From Candidatus Shapirobacteria bacterium (lineage in GTDB: Bacteria > Patescibacteriota > Microgenomatia > UBA12405), in contig JAUYJS010000005.1 of assembly GCA_030698565.1 (NCBI GenBank), positions 90,497 to 154,496 on the forward strand: 64,000 nucleotides of DNA, read 5' to 3'. Of the stretch, positions 10,566 to 21,058 are shown one piece after another. Each line of letters begins with the position of its first letter. The stretch's first letter is position 1. Below the pieces are notes generated by a model that saw only the letters and a list, made by a program, of their open reading frames with translations, made no database searches and was not told the DNA's origin. A program made the translations under genes and the position numbers.

Positions 10566-11609
10566 TCAGTATAGCAAAAAGTTGCTTTGAAAAAACTGAT
10601 GAAAGTTTTTATATTCTTTGTCGGCAGGAATAAACACCCATTGCTTATTTATAAAATTTTCTGGATGATAAATTTGTCCTTCTTTTTCATTGCTTCCAAT
10701 AGTTAATTCAATTTTTGTCAGTGAAATATTTTTAATTTGTTTTTGAAGAATAATTCCGATACTTGTTAAATTTTTGTCGGTTAAGTTGGTGTTTATTTGG
10801 TTGTGCCAAAAATTATATAATTTAATTAAATTGGAATAGTCTATTATAAATTCTTTGGTTTTAATTTTTTTGATAATAGCGTCAATCAGTGATTGTTGTC
10901 GTTCAATACGACCAATATCAGTTCCACCACCAATAGCAGTTTCGGCACTTTTTCGAGACCGAACAAACTCGGTAATATTTGATTCAGATAGATGGTTCCA
11001 ACCAGCGTCAAAAGATATGGTTTTGTATATTGGCGCCTTGGGGTTGGTTATATATTCGGGATTGGGATATTTATTGTCCATAAATACTTTGTCTAAAAAG
11101 ACATCAACTCCGCCAATAATTTCGACAAAGTCAATTAAATTTTGAGTGGTAAAAATAATAGTTTTTTCGATTGGAATTCCAGTTAGGCGGGAGAAATTAG
11201 TTTGGAGGAAATCAAAAGGTTGCTTATTACTTAAAGATAGTGGATAGATGTTGTTAATTTTGGTATTGAGTTGATAATCCCAGAGATCTCTAGGGATAGA
11301 AGTAATTTTAATTTGACCATTATTTAGATTTAAAAAAGCGATCATAATAGTGTCAGTTGTTTCGGTCTTTTCTAGTCTATCGTCGCGTTTGTCTAGTCCT
11401 AATATTAGAAAATTAATTGATTTTTGATTTTTAAATTCATTATTTTTAAGGGTTTGGTATGGTGTATTTAGTAAATATGAAACTGGTTGATTAATCTTTT
11501 TGGACAAAAATATTAAAGCCGCAGTGACTATAATCATTACCAAAAGTATTGCTGAAGTAAGTAATATTGAAAATATTTTTAGAATTTTTTTGAAATTTAT
11601 AAGATTCAT
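10566..11609 (-). CDS. LCP (LytR-CpsA-Psr) family protein
   Basis: LILGLD, TDTIM, SIPRDL, FVRSR and DIGRIERQQ motifs. Confidence 0.92.
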   Translation of the reverse strand: MNLINFKKILKIFSILLTSAILLVMIIVTAALIFLSKKINQPVSYLLNTPYQTLKNNEFKNQKSINFLILGLDKRDDRLEKTETTDTIMIAFLNLNNGQIKITSIPRDLWDYQLNTKINNIYPLSLSNKQPFDFLQTNFSRLTGIPIEKTIIFTTQNLIDFVEIIGGVDVFLDKVFMDNKYPNPEYITNPKAPIYKTISFDAGWNHLSESNITEFVRSRKSAETAIGGGTDIGRIERQQSLIDAIIKKIKTKEFIIDYSNLIKLYNFWHNQINTNLTDKNLTSIGIILQKQIKNISLTKIELTIGSNEKEGQIYHPENFINKQWVFIPADKEYKNFHQFFQSNFLLY

Positions 11610-12679
11610 ATTTTTAGTTCAGCCTCAATAAACGCATCTAAGTCCCCATCTAAAACACCATTTGTGTCTGATGTTTCATATCTGGTTCTTAAATCTTTGA
11701 CCATTTTATAGGGATGAAGTACATAAGATCGGATTTGGTGACCCCAGCCAGCAATCACATTTTCTCCTTTCACGTCTTTCTTCTCCTGGCTTTGTCTTTC
11801 TTCTTCGATTGCCCACAGCTTAGAGGAGAGCATTTGCATGGCTAACACTCTATTTTGTTCTTGAGATCTTTGGCTTTGACAGGAAACGGCGATGCCTGAA
11901 GGTTTATGAACGATTCTGACCGCAGTACTTACTTTGTTCACATTTTGACCGCCATGACCACCGGCCCTATATGCGGAAAATTCTATATCCGCTGGATTAA
12001 TTTTGACTTCAGTATCATTTTCAAAAAGCGGGGCAACTTCGACTTTGGCAAAAGATGTTTGACGAAGTTGGTCGGCATTAAAAGGCGAAAGTCGAACTAA
12101 TCTGTGAGTACCAGTTTCGCCACGAAGATAGCCATAAGCATATCGATGATTCACTTTAAAATATACAGATTTAATACCAGCTTCTTCACCTGGAACAAAA
12201 TCTAAAACTTCAAATTTCCAACCTTTTTTTTCAAAATATTTCATGTACATGCGGTGCAACATTGAAGCCCAATCCATGGCTTCGGTACCACCTTGGCCAG
12301 AGTGGACAGATAAAATAGCTGAATACGAATCATATTTACCTGAAAGGTAGGTTTTTAATTCAATTTCAGCTATTCTTTTTTCTATTTGATCAACATCATT
12401 TTCCAACTCTGTTGACATGGATTCTTCCGGATCATTTTTGAGAAGCTGAAACATTTCGACAGCGTTGGATATTTCTGTTTCGATTGATTCAATTTCTTGT
12501 GTAAGTTTTTGAAGTTCAGAAACCTTTTGGAGAAGATCTTGGGCTTGAGTGGGATTTTGCCATAAATCAGTTTTTTCTGATTCTAGTTTTAGAGTATTAT
12601 ATTCAGATTTAACTTGATCGTAATTTAATTTACTTTTTAATTGTTCAAATTTAGTTTTTATTTCGTTAATTCGATCCAT
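11606..12679 (-). CDS. prfB: Peptide chain release factor 2 (no programmed frameshift)
   Basis: [11 protein letters not shown] and GGQ motifs; single continuous frame; ATG at 12679. Confidence 0.96.
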   Translation of the reverse strand: MDRINEIKTKFEQLKSKLNYDQVKSEYNTLKLESEKTDLWQNPTQAQDLLQKVSELQKLTQEIESIETEISNAVEMFQLLKNDPEESMSTELENDVDQIEKRIAEIELKTYLSGKYDSYSAILSVHSGQGGTEAMDWASMLHRMYMKYFEKKGWKFEVLDFVPGEEAGIKSVYFKVNHRYAYGYLRGETGTHRLVRLSPFNADQLRQTSFAKVEVAPLFENDTEVKINPADIEFSAYRAGGHGGQNVNKVSTAVRIVHKPSGIAVSCQSQRSQEQNRVLAMQMLSSKLWAIEEERQSQEKKDVKGENVIAGWGHQIRSYVLHPYKMVKDLRTRYETSDTNGVLDGDLDAFIEAELKI

Positions 12680-13079
12680 TTTTGTTTTCAATATTTTTAA
12701 TCAGGTTGTCGTATATATTTTTGACAATCATTTTTTCGATATCGATTATTTGTTTTTGGGGAAAACCATTGGTTTGACCTTTTAGATATGTTATTTGGTT
12801 TTGTAGGTTTATTATAACTGAATTTTGGTTTAAAGTTTCCAGTGTTTGCCGACTTTTCGGTGGTATTAAATTATAAAGTGAATAAAAGGTGTTTTGGAAA
12901 TAATCGGGTATTTGAACATCAACGGTCTCATCAAAAGAGAGTGTAGAGTCGGACATTGATTTGGTTTGGGGTTTTGAGAAATATGAAATTAAGAAATAAA
13001 AAAAAACAAAAAATAAAATCAACCTCAAAAATGTCTGAAAGGTGAATTTGAAATTATCTTTTTTCTTTTTATGGAGCAC
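12666..13079 (-). CDS. Membrane-anchored hypothetical protein
   Basis: N-terminal TM; overlaps the prfB start. Confidence 0.6.
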   Translation of the reverse strand: MLHKKKKDNFKFTFQTFLRLILFFVFFYFLISYFSKPQTKSMSDSTLSFDETVDVQIPDYFQNTFYSLYNLIPPKSRQTLETLNQNSVIINLQNQITYLKGQTNGFPQKQIIDIEKMIVKNIYDNLIKNIENKNGSN

Positions 13080-13097
13080 TATTTATTCTAACATCAA

Positions 13098-13487
13098 CTA
13101 TCTTTTAGTTATTTGTTGTTGAATGTAGTCGATTATAGGTGTGTCGCCAGAAATACAGGTATTGTCGATGTTGGAAAACGCTAGCGGCACCCCGCCTTTT
13201 TCATCGGCAGTTAAGGTGGTACATTTTTTTGTTATTTCGGTAAAATCCATCTGGTTTTGTTTATTGTAGAACACCTCTTTTTGTTTTATGGCTAATTTAG
13301 AATCAATTTTATTGTCGATTATGTATTTTTTAACCTTTTCACAATGAACACAGCCGTTGCCCCAAAAAAGAATAATATCTGCTTTGTCGTCGGCCAAACT
13401 GCTATTGATGTTTGGTTTATAGGAAACTAATTTATAGACTGCAAATACGACCAAGGCAATAATAAAGGCATAAATTATTTTTTTCAT
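13098..13487 (-). CDS. Exported thioredoxin/glutaredoxin-like protein
   Basis: N-terminal TM, CVHC motif, GVP cis-Pro-like motif. Confidence 0.7.
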   Translation of the reverse strand: MKKIIYAFIIALVVFAVYKLVSYKPNINSSLADDKADIILFWGNGCVHCEKVKKYIIDNKIDSKLAIKQKEVFYNKQNQMDFTEITKKCTTLTADEKGGVPLAFSNIDNTCISGDTPIIDYIQQQITKR

Positions 13488-13488
13488 T

Positions 13489-14118
13489 TTATTTTTGGAT
13501 AATTTTAATTATTTTATCATAGATAATTATCTTTTGAACGTTGTCGAAGCCAGAAATTACCTCGCCAAAATTCACATAATCCCCCGTGAGTTGACTACAG
13601 GCTTCTGTAGTAAGACAGATAAAAAATTGACTATCATTGGATATGTCTTTATTGGCTGGGGTTCGAGCTAATCCAAGAGAACCTTTTTGAAATGGAATTG
13701 AATTTAATTCAGATTTAATGGAGCCACCGCCAGTACCAGTACCCAACGGATCACCACCTTGAACTACAAAACCGGGTTCGACTCGGTGAAAAGTTAAATT
13801 ATTATAAAAACCACTATTGGCTTTATTGATAAAATTAGCCACAGTATTGGGAGTTTCATTTTGATACAGTTTTATCAAAATATCGCCATATTTAGTTGTT
13901 AAATTAACAAGAGTATCTTTGTTTGGTTGGAGTGTGGGTGTGGTATTTATATTCAAAGTTGGATCGGGAATAATTGTGGGTGTAATTTGTTTGGTTGCTT
14001 GATTGCTAACTATATTAATATTTGTATCAGAGTTTTTGGGTGAACCGCAAGCGCTTAAAACAAAAGATGACAAAACTAATATAGAAATAAATAGGGCTGT
14101 TTTTTTAAATTTATTCAT
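13489..14118 (-). CDS. Cyclophilin-type peptidyl-prolyl isomerase, probable lipoprotein
   Basis: LSAC lipobox; FHRV..GFVVQGGDP and SQFFI motifs. Confidence 0.9.
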   Translation of the reverse strand: MNKFKKTALFISILVLSSFVLSACGSPKNSDTNINIVSNQATKQITPTIIPDPTLNINTTPTLQPNKDTLVNLTTKYGDILIKLYQNETPNTVANFINKANSGFYNNLTFHRVEPGFVVQGGDPLGTGTGGGSIKSELNSIPFQKGSLGLARTPANKDISNDSQFFICLTTEACSQLTGDYVNFGEVISGFDNVQKIIIYDKIIKIIQK

Positions 14119-14121
14119 TTT

Positions 14122-14883
14122 TTATTTTAGCAGAACCAACATATTTCTTGGTCCGGAATCAATATCTTCTTTAATATCACTTTTAGGGAAATCATGATTA
14201 CTTTCTAATAAAAGATTATAGGAATATTTAAAATAGGCACCAAATTGAGTGCCAACATCATGAACAATGAATTTCTGGATATTATCGTTATAACCCAAGA
14301 TGACAACGCTGTGATAATAAGGGCCGCCTGATTTAAAGTAACGATTTTCTTTATATAAAGTTTTCCCGTTTGCCGGAACAATAACTGGAATATTTTGAGA
14401 AATATATTTTTTAATTTCTTCAATTGTTGGATTAGTAACTATGTTGGTTTTATAATTTAAATAGTTGGAAGATAAAATGGCCATTTGAGTAGTATTAATA
14501 TCTTTGGCCCATCCCTGACTTTTTTCAAAATCTATCATTTTCAAAATATCGGTTTTGGTTTGGTCTAATGATGGCTGTTGATTTTTATAGTAATAATCTA
14601 CAGTTAAAAGTGCAGCTTCTTCGCAGGAATCTTGCCAAGGTTGATCCCAGTTTTTCTCGGGTGCTTGGGGAACAAAAACGGTGGAAATTAAATGTTTGTT
14701 GGGTAAACCATCGGGTAAGATTTTTGTAGGTTGAGGTAATAATATTTCTCCAATTTCTTCTGTTTTCTGAGTTAAATAAAATGTTTTGTTGTTTATTTTT
14801 TCTTGATTTTTTTTATTGAAAATAAAGAAAGTAAATATTAATAGAAAAATAAAACCAAAAAGATAAAATATTTTTTTGACCAT
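14122..14883 (-). CDS. Exported C39-like peptidase
   Basis: N-terminal TM; PQAP..W, CEEAA, HSVVILGY and HD motifs. Confidence 0.8.
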   Translation of the reverse strand: MVKKIFYLFGFIFLLIFTFFIFNKKNQEKINNKTFYLTQKTEEIGEILLPQPTKILPDGLPNKHLISTVFVPQAPEKNWDQPWQDSCEEAALLTVDYYYKNQQPSLDQTKTDILKMIDFEKSQGWAKDINTTQMAILSSNYLNYKTNIVTNPTIEEIKKYISQNIPVIVPANGKTLYKENRYFKSGGPYYHSVVILGYNDNIQKFIVHDVGTQFGAYFKYSYNLLLESNHDFPKSDIKEDIDSGPRNMLVLLK

Positions 14884-14897
14884 TTAAATAGTTTACT

Positions 14898-15704
14898 TTA
14901 TTTAAATCTCTTGAGTTTGACTGTGGGAACTCTAAATTTACGATTTTCCCGATAATGCATTAATCCATAGATGCCTAATCGAATGCCTTCGGGTACAAAA
15001 AAGAAGGCAAGCCTTATTACTGCTTTTATGTCCCACTTGTCGCTCATGGCTCTGGTTTGGCCGGTAAGAATCGCCTCTTTTAGATCTTTGGCAGTTTTCC
15101 CTTCAAACATGGTGTAACCCTTGCCAATTCCTTTTAGAATATGGGCATCACTAGCACCTATTTCGGATTTAAAAAGAAGAGTGTGATTGATAAATTGAGC
15201 CATGTTGTTTTCCTTGACCATCATTACAGGAGTGCCGTTAATAACCTCGATTCCATGATAAAGATCTTTTTCTTTTATGGTGGCAATAATACCGACACCA
15301 CCCATGGTATTTTTGTTTTTGTCCAACATTTTTGTCTGATAAAAAGGGTGGGCAAGAATGGCAATTCCGCCTTGTTTTTTTATATTGAGAAGTGTGTCGT
15401 GGGCTGAAAGCCCAGGTGAGATTCTTTTTTTAATAAAAAGAGCAACGATATGACCTTCGATACTAGAAACCTCTTCTCCAATAATTATTTCAAATCTAAA
15501 TTTTCTTTTCTTGGCTATTTTTCGGGCTTTAAGTGCGCCTTTAATTGTGTCGTGATCAGTAATGGCTATAATATCTAATTCTGTTTTATTTTCTACATAA
15601 TCAAGAATTTTCTCTATTGATGGTTGGCCATCGGAAAAATTGCTGTGCATGTGTACATCGGCCTTGCCGAGTTTCTTGATATTCTCGTCGATTATCGTTT
15701 CCAT
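14898..15704 (-). CDS. PHP-domain metallophosphoesterase
   Basis: DVHMHSNFSDG, AITDHD, AHP and SDAH motifs; ATG 15704 preferred. Confidence 0.9.
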   Translation of the reverse strand: METIIDENIKKLGKADVHMHSNFSDGQPSIEKILDYVENKTELDIIAITDHDTIKGALKARKIAKKRKFRFEIIIGEEVSSIEGHIVALFIKKRISPGLSAHDTLLNIKKQGGIAILAHPFYQTKMLDKNKNTMGGVGIIATIKEKDLYHGIEVINGTPVMMVKENNMAQFINHTLLFKSEIGASDAHILKGIGKGYTMFEGKTAKDLKEAILTGQTRAMSDKWDIKAVIRLAFFFVPEGIRLGIYGLMHYRENRKFRVPTVKLKRFK

Positions 15705-15777
15705 CAGATTCTTATTATACATTTAAATGTAAATTCATTGTAATTGTAATAATTACATCTTGTAGTACAATATACGG

Positions 15778-17625
15778 ATGCAAAAATACCAAGATATCCG
15801 AAATATAGCCGTAATCGCCCATGTTGATCATGGCAAAACTACCTTGGTTGATGCTTTATTGAAACAAACACACACTTTTAGGGAAAATCAGGAAGAAATG
15901 AATATTGACCGGATTATGGACAGTAATGATTTGGAAAGAGAAAAAGGTATAACTATTTTGTCAAAGAATACTTCGGTAATGTACAAGAATACAAAAATTA
16001 ATATTATCGATACTCCAGGGCATGCTGATTTTGGTGGAGAAGTAGAAAGAGTCTTGAATATGGCTGACGGTGCTTTGTTGATTGTCGATGCGGCTGAAGG
16101 TCCTTTGTCACAAACAAAATTTGTTTTAAAAAGAGCTTTGGATTATGGTTTGAAAGTAATTTTGGTTGTCAATAAAATTGATAGAAAAGATGCGAGAACT
16201 AAAGAAGTAATAATGGATACTGAAAATTTGTTTTTATCTTTGGCTGATGATCCGGAACTTTTAGATTTCCCAATTATTTATGCTATTGGTCGTGAAGGAA
16301 AGACTTTTTATAAAATGCCTGATTCTTTGGAAGAAATAGGCGATACTTCTCCCCTTTTTGAAACTATTTTAAAAGCTATTCCTTCGGCTGTTAAAAATGA
16401 AGATAAGCCATTCCAAATGTTAGTTTCTTCTTTTGAAAAGAACGAATACTTGGGTAGATTATCAGTAGGTAGAATCAATCAAGGAAAAATCAATAAAAAT
16501 GACACTATTTCTTTGGTAAGGCCGAGCAATGAAGTAATTGGAAATTTTAAAATTGAAAAAATGTATGTCAACGAAGGTATCAGTAAAGTGGAAACTGATA
16601 GCGCTGGCAGTGGTGAAGTTGTTTATTTGGCTGGAATTTCGGCAATAGAAATTGGACAAACACTAACCAGTACTGATTCTCAAGTAGCATTGCCAAATAT
16701 TGAAGTAAGTGAGCCAACATTAAAAGCTAGTTTTGGACCAAATACTTCTATTTATGCTCGAGATGAGTCAAAATATTTAACTAGCCGGGAATTGAAAGAA
16801 AGACTTTTCCAAGAAGCTGAGACTAACTTGGGATTGAAAGTTGAAGATGATCCTGAAGATAGTATTCGTGTTTTGGTTTCAGGCCGAGGTGAATTACATT
16901 TGGCTATTTTGATTGAAAAATTACGTCGCGAAGGTTATGCCATGGAAGTGGGGAAACCTGAAGTAATTTTGAAAACTATTGATGGAAAAGTTTGTGAACC
17001 ATTCAACGAACTAATTATTTTGTCTCCCGAAGAATATATGGGAACAATTACATCTGAATTAGGTAAAAGAAAAGCAGAAATGCAAGATATGCAAACAGAT
17101 GGAAAAGGCGGAATAAAGATGACTTACAAAATAAGCGAAAGAAATGCTTTGGGTTTGAGAAGTGTGTTAATGACAGAAACAAAGGGAACCATATCTTTAA
17201 ATTTCTTATTTTTGGGATATGAATTAAAACAACCAGAAACTAATAAGACCAGAAATGGTGTATTGATTGCTTCGGAATCAGGTAAAGCATTGTCGTTCGG
17301 ATTGGATTTAGCTCAAAAAAGAGGTATTACTTTCATCGAACCAACCGCTGGTGTTTACGAAGGACAAATTGTGGGTTTTAGACCAATGATTGGGGATTTG
17401 GAAATTAATATTTGTAAAGGAAAGCAACTAACAAATATGAGATCTTCGGGTAACGATGATTCGATTATGTTGGCGCCGCCAGTCAAATACAGTATTGAAG
17501 AGTCTTTGGATTTTATAAACAGTGATGAGTTAATCGACGTAACCCCAAAACAGATTAGATTAAGAAAGAAACAATTAAGCAAGGTCGACAGAATCAGATC
17601 CGAAAGAAAACAAAAAGTAAGCTAA
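15778..17625 (+). CDS. typA: Translational GTPase TypA/BipA
   Basis: AHVDHGKTT, EREKGITI, GRGELHL and KQLTNMR motifs. Confidence 0.96.
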   Translation: MQKYQDIRNIAVIAHVDHGKTTLVDALLKQTHTFRENQEEMNIDRIMDSNDLEREKGITILSKNTSVMYKNTKINIIDTPGHADFGGEVERVLNMADGALLIVDAAEGPLSQTKFVLKRALDYGLKVILVVNKIDRKDARTKEVIMDTENLFLSLADDPELLDFPIIYAIGREGKTFYKMPDSLEEIGDTSPLFETILKAIPSAVKNEDKPFQMLVSSFEKNEYLGRLSVGRINQGKINKNDTISLVRPSNEVIGNFKIEKMYVNEGISKVETDSAGSGEVVYLAGISAIEIGQTLTSTDSQVALPNIEVSEPTLKASFGPNTSIYARDESKYLTSRELKERLFQEAETNLGLKVEDDPEDSIRVLVSGRGELHLAILIEKLRREGYAMEVGKPEVILKTIDGKVCEPFNELIILSPEEYMGTITSELGKRKAEMQDMQTDGKGGIKMTYKISERNALGLRSVLMTETKGTISLNFLFLGYELKQPETNKTRNGVLIASESGKALSFGLDLAQKRGITFIEPTAGVYEGQIVGFRPMIGDLEINICKGKQLTNMRSSGNDDSIMLAPPVKYSIEESLDFINSDELIDVTPKQIRLRKKQLSKVDRIRSERKQKVS

Positions 17626-17632
17626 TTTTATT

Positions 17633-17929
17633 TTAGGGTTTTTGTGTGGGAATTATTTGCTCCCAATTAATTTGTGATGTGAGGTTTTGCACCCAAGTAT
17701 TTAAAGAATTGGTAAAATTGATTTGAGATAGAAAATATATAATTGCTGCCGCAACTACGACTGTACCAAAAAGGGAACCGAGAGAATGAAAAATTCCGGC
17801 AATAAAGTTGTAAAACGCAAATTTCCAAGGATTAGCAGTATAGACCATAAAATTACCTTTGGCACCAATCATGTCAATTCTTTTGTTGAGCTTTTTTAAT
17901 TCAAGAACTACTTTTTGGCTGGATTTCAT
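17633..17929 (-). CDS. Small membrane protein (DUF5665-like)
   Basis: NF.AGIF..LG...GT hydrophobic motif. Confidence 0.6.
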   Translation of the reverse strand: MKSSQKVVLELKKLNKRIDMIGAKGNFMVYTANPWKFAFYNFIAGIFHSLGSLFGTVVVAAAIIYFLSQINFTNSLNTWVQNLTSQINWEQIIPTQKP

Positions 17930-18330
17930 TTATTTAAAAAATTAATAATTTTTTGGCTAATTTCGGTCATTTCATGTGGAGTATATTTTTCGTGATGAGA
18001 AAGATCTAATCCATTTTGATGAATATTGTTTAAAAATCTAGGGATGATGCGAATATGGGCATGGGGGACTTCGTAGCCAATAGTTAAAAAGGAAACGGAA
18101 TCGGCATTAAGGGCTTTTATTGAAGCTTCGGCTATTTTCTTGGAAGCTTCCCAGTAAAGACCAAATTCGGGAACATCATAGACCCAACGATAATGAATTT
18201 TTGGAATTAACAAAGAATTGCCCATACTTAGGGGATTAATATCTAAAAATCCAATAAAATTATCGTCTTCGTAAATTTGATATTTGGGTATTTTACCTGC
18301 GACTATTTTGCAAAATATACAATCGTCCAT
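17926..18330 (-). CDS. HIT family nucleotide hydrolase
   Basis: CIFCKIV and VPHAHIRIIPR (HxHxH variant). Confidence 0.88.
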   Translation of the reverse strand: MDDCIFCKIVAGKIPKYQIYEDDNFIGFLDINPLSMGNSLLIPKIHYRWVYDVPEFGLYWEASKKIAEASIKALNADSVSFLTIGYEVPHAHIRIIPRFLNNIHQNGLDLSHHEKYTPHEMTEISQKIINFLNK

Positions 18331-18350
18331 ATTTTTAAATTAAATATTAC

Positions 18351-19370
18351 TTAAATTTTACCAAGTTCTGGATAAATCGTAGCAATTGTTTTGAGTAAAT
18401 ATTTTTTTGCTTCATCAAGTGGCTTGCTTATAAGGGCACCGGCGGCTGCTTTGTGACCACCACCTGTTCCAAGGGCTTGGGCTATTTTGGAGACATCATA
18501 GACGTCTGGTTTACGAGTTCTAAAACTAACTTTAACTTTTTCTGGTTGATATTCAATTAAACTAATACCGATATCCCAACCGACGACGGATTTTAACATA
18601 TTGGCAACATTGAGACTTTCGGATGCCTGTAAATTCAAATGGCTATCTTGGAGGATTTTTTGAGACACGGAGGCGATAGCGACTTGATCTTTAAAATAAT
18701 TTTCTATGGAACTTAAATATAGAGCCAACATTTTGAGTTTGTCGGGCGATTCGTTATTTTCAATTTCAAAAATGGTTTTTGGGAAATTGTCGTTGATTTT
18801 TGCGAGTTCGGCACAAATTTCAAATGTTTTACTGGTAGTACGGGGATATTTGAAACCGCCACTATCGGTGTACATACCCGTAAATAGACATAAAGCCATG
18901 TTTTCGTCGATTTTAATATTCCCCTGTTTATAAACCTCGTAAAGAATTTGGCAGGTGGCTGGAGAGTCTTTGTCGACTAAATTAATTTGAGCAAAGTTTA
19001 GATTGGTGTCGTGGTGGTCAATAATTATTGTTTTTAAATTTGAGGGAAATTTAATTTCACCCAAATTGGATATTAGATTTGGAGCGCTGGCATCTAAGAT
19101 TAAAAATAAATCAAATTTTTTGAGATCGATTTGAAATAAATTTTTATTTAAAATTTTGTCGGTGCCGGGTAAAGATAAGAGATTGGGAGGTAAACTAGAA
19201 TCACCGGAAATTAAGGTAACATTTTTTTTGAGATGTTTGAGAGCAAACATAAAAGACAAGGCACTACCGACGCTGTCACCATCGGGCCCTGGATGGAGAT
19301 GAAGAAGAATATTTTTGGAATTATGGATAATATCCCAAATTTTGATTATTTTTTGTGTATTGGTTTTCAT
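18351..19370 (-). CDS. nrnA: DHH/DHHA1 phosphoesterase (NrnA-like nanoRNase)
   Basis: PDGD, IDHH, TDSG and GGGHKAAAG motifs. Confidence 0.88.
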   Translation of the reverse strand: MKTNTQKIIKIWDIIHNSKNILLHLHPGPDGDSVGSALSFMFALKHLKKNVTLISGDSSLPPNLLSLPGTDKILNKNLFQIDLKKFDLFLILDASAPNLISNLGEIKFPSNLKTIIIDHHDTNLNFAQINLVDKDSPATCQILYEVYKQGNIKIDENMALCLFTGMYTDSGGFKYPRTTSKTFEICAELAKINDNFPKTIFEIENNESPDKLKMLALYLSSIENYFKDQVAIASVSQKILQDSHLNLQASESLNVANMLKSVVGWDIGISLIEYQPEKVKVSFRTRKPDVYDVSKIAQALGTGGGHKAAAGALISKPLDEAKKYLLKTIATIYPELGKI

Positions 19371-19375
19371 TAATT

Positions 19376-19409
19376 TATTTTACCCGAACTTGGGATAACA
19401 ACATTTTTT
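19376..19409 (-). repeat. Displaced copy of the secA 3' end (KKCCYPKFG*)
   Basis: 29/34 nt identical to 21055-21088; same reading frame ending in TAA. Confidence 0.9.
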
Positions 19410-19465
19410 TGAAATGACACAGGAAATGTAGACTGTTTAGATTTATCATTTCAAAAAGTTTTTTA

Positions 19466-19750
19466 TTAGAAATTATTATTATCTTTAATTTTGTTTAATA
19501 TTGATAAGGTGGCTTTTATGGAGGAATTATCTATGTTGCGTAGTTGAATCCGTTTACTAAATTGTTTACTAAGTGGAGTTAAAAATTCATCAGCCCATGA
19601 TGGAGTTAAAACTATAACACCTTCAAAGTCGATAATAACTTCTTCATTTTTATTAATTTGATTAAGCATTGGTCTGAAAGCTAATAAAGCCTCTTTTCCA
19701 GAAGGTCTTGATACTAAAGTAGTTCCAAATTTTTTAAGTTGTATAATCAT
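19466..19750 (-). CDS. STAS-like DUF4325 protein
   Basis: L.SRPSG.E, IDFEGV..LTPSWADE motifs. Confidence 0.8.
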   Translation of the reverse strand: MIIQLKKFGTTLVSRPSGKEALLAFRPMLNQINKNEEVIIDFEGVIVLTPSWADEFLTPLSKQFSKRIQLRNIDNSSIKATLSILNKIKDNNNF

Positions 19751-20036
19751 TGTGTTTTTTCAATTTTTATTACAGCAAAACATCTCTGGTTTCGCAATAA
19801 ATTTGGGGATCTAATTCAAATCCGTTCTGAGATTGAACCCATTCAATCGCCATATTGCGGTAATTTGTTGCTGAATTCAATTTAGCTTCAACATCTGAAA
19901 ATTTATAAAATCGATGTCCATGTGGACCGGTCCTAACTGATGAAAACTTGCCTAATCTATCCCATCTTCTGAGAGTGTCTATAGAAATACCTAATAACTC
20001 AGAAACCTCTCCTATTTTTATTAATTTGGAACTCAT
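19747..20036 (-). pseudogene. MerR/Xis-like HTH regulator with an apparent internal deletion
   Basis: IGEVSELLGISIDTLRRWD HTH; stops at 19770; a shifted frame CFAVIKIEKTQ* ends in an ATGA overlap with DUF4325. Confidence 0.65.
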
Positions 20037-20045
20037 AATTTTATT

Positions 20046-20145
20046 AATCTGTATAAATTTTATCAATCTATTCAAATCTGTGCAAGTTTACTATTAATCT
20101 ATATAAATCTATGCAAAATATATTAAAACTATGCAAATCTATGCA
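20046..20145. repeat. 10-bp periodic direct repeats (AATCTRTRYA consensus), putative operator array
   Basis: aatctgtata, aatctattca, aatctgtgca, aatctatata, aatctatgca, aaactatgca, aatctatgca. Confidence 0.75.
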
Positions 20146-20249
20146 AAATTTAGACTTTTTTTAAAAGTTGGAAATGTAAAGTTCGGGTATAAATGGGTTA
20201 AACTTCATAAATATTACTCATCTTATCTTTAATAAAGATATAATAAATT

Positions 20250-20468
20250 ATGAAAATATTAGTAATAGTTCATCCAAATTCAAAAAATCCAAGAGTTGAG
20301 AAAGATTTAGTAGAGATGTTGCATATTTATGTAAGTGCACCACCGTTGGAAGGAAAAGCTAACAAGGCTACAATCGAATCACTGGCTAAATTCTTGAAAG
20401 TTAAAAAATCGAAGATAATTTTAATACGAGGAGAAAAATCAAAGAATAAGGTATTTGAAATTGGTTGA
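20250..20468 (+). CDS. DUF167 (YggU-like) protein
   Basis: V.PNSK, APPLEGKAN and GEKSKNK motifs. Confidence 0.88.
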   Translation: MKILVIVHPNSKNPRVEKDLVEMLHIYVSAPPLEGKANKATIESLAKFLKVKKSKIILIRGEKSKNKVFEIG

Positions 20469-20506
20469 TTTTATAAAATTACTTGCTTTGTTGAAAGGAT
20501 TTAGAA

Positions 20507-20977
20507 CTAATTAATGTCATTTAAACTTTTAACAATATCTAAATCGTTTTTACCTCGTTTTTCTTTTCTGTAACCATCTTTAGAACTGAAAGTGTAGGCA
20601 TTAATAAAAGCTTGTTTATTCAGTGTTTTAATTAATATTCCTTCTTTGTGATGTATTTGAATATCCTTTTTTGGATCACAAATATTGTCCTTAATAAGAA
20701 TACTTTTTTTAGTAAAAGCAATTTTTAAATCCTGTTTATTTATAAATTCATGTTCTTTGCTGTCAATTAATTCAAAACCATTATTTTTCATAATTTTAAT
20801 CAGATCTAACCATTTATCGCTTAAATAAACATCCTCAACAAGAAGATCTATATCATCAAAATTTTTAAAATTACCAAGATAAATTGAAACTCCTAATGAA
20901 CCATACAAAATTGAATCTATTTTATTTTCTAATAAAAAATTATTTACTTTCTGATAGTTTTTTAAATCAACAGCCAT
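20507..20977 (-). CDS. Nucleotidyltransferase-fold protein
   Basis: YGSLG...DDIDLLV Pol-beta-like motif; ATG 20977 has TATAAT 6 nt upstream. Confidence 0.65.
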   Translation of the reverse strand: MAVDLKNYQKVNNFLLENKIDSILYGSLGVSIYLGNFKNFDDIDLLVEDVYLSDKWLDLIKIMKNNGFELIDSKEHEFINKQDLKIAFTKKSILIKDNICDPKKDIQIHHKEGILIKTLNKQAFINAYTFSSKDGYRKEKRGKNDLDIVKSLNDIN

Positions 20978-21058
20978 GAGTGGATTATACAAGAGTTTGA
21001 TTTCATTCTGAGGATAATCGTTTTGTTTACTTTGAATAAATTATTATTACGCTCTATT

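Noticed and set aside
20046-20145. Possible CRISPR or iteron array
   Set aside because: Units are 10 bp and degenerate, with no spacers and no cas or rep gene
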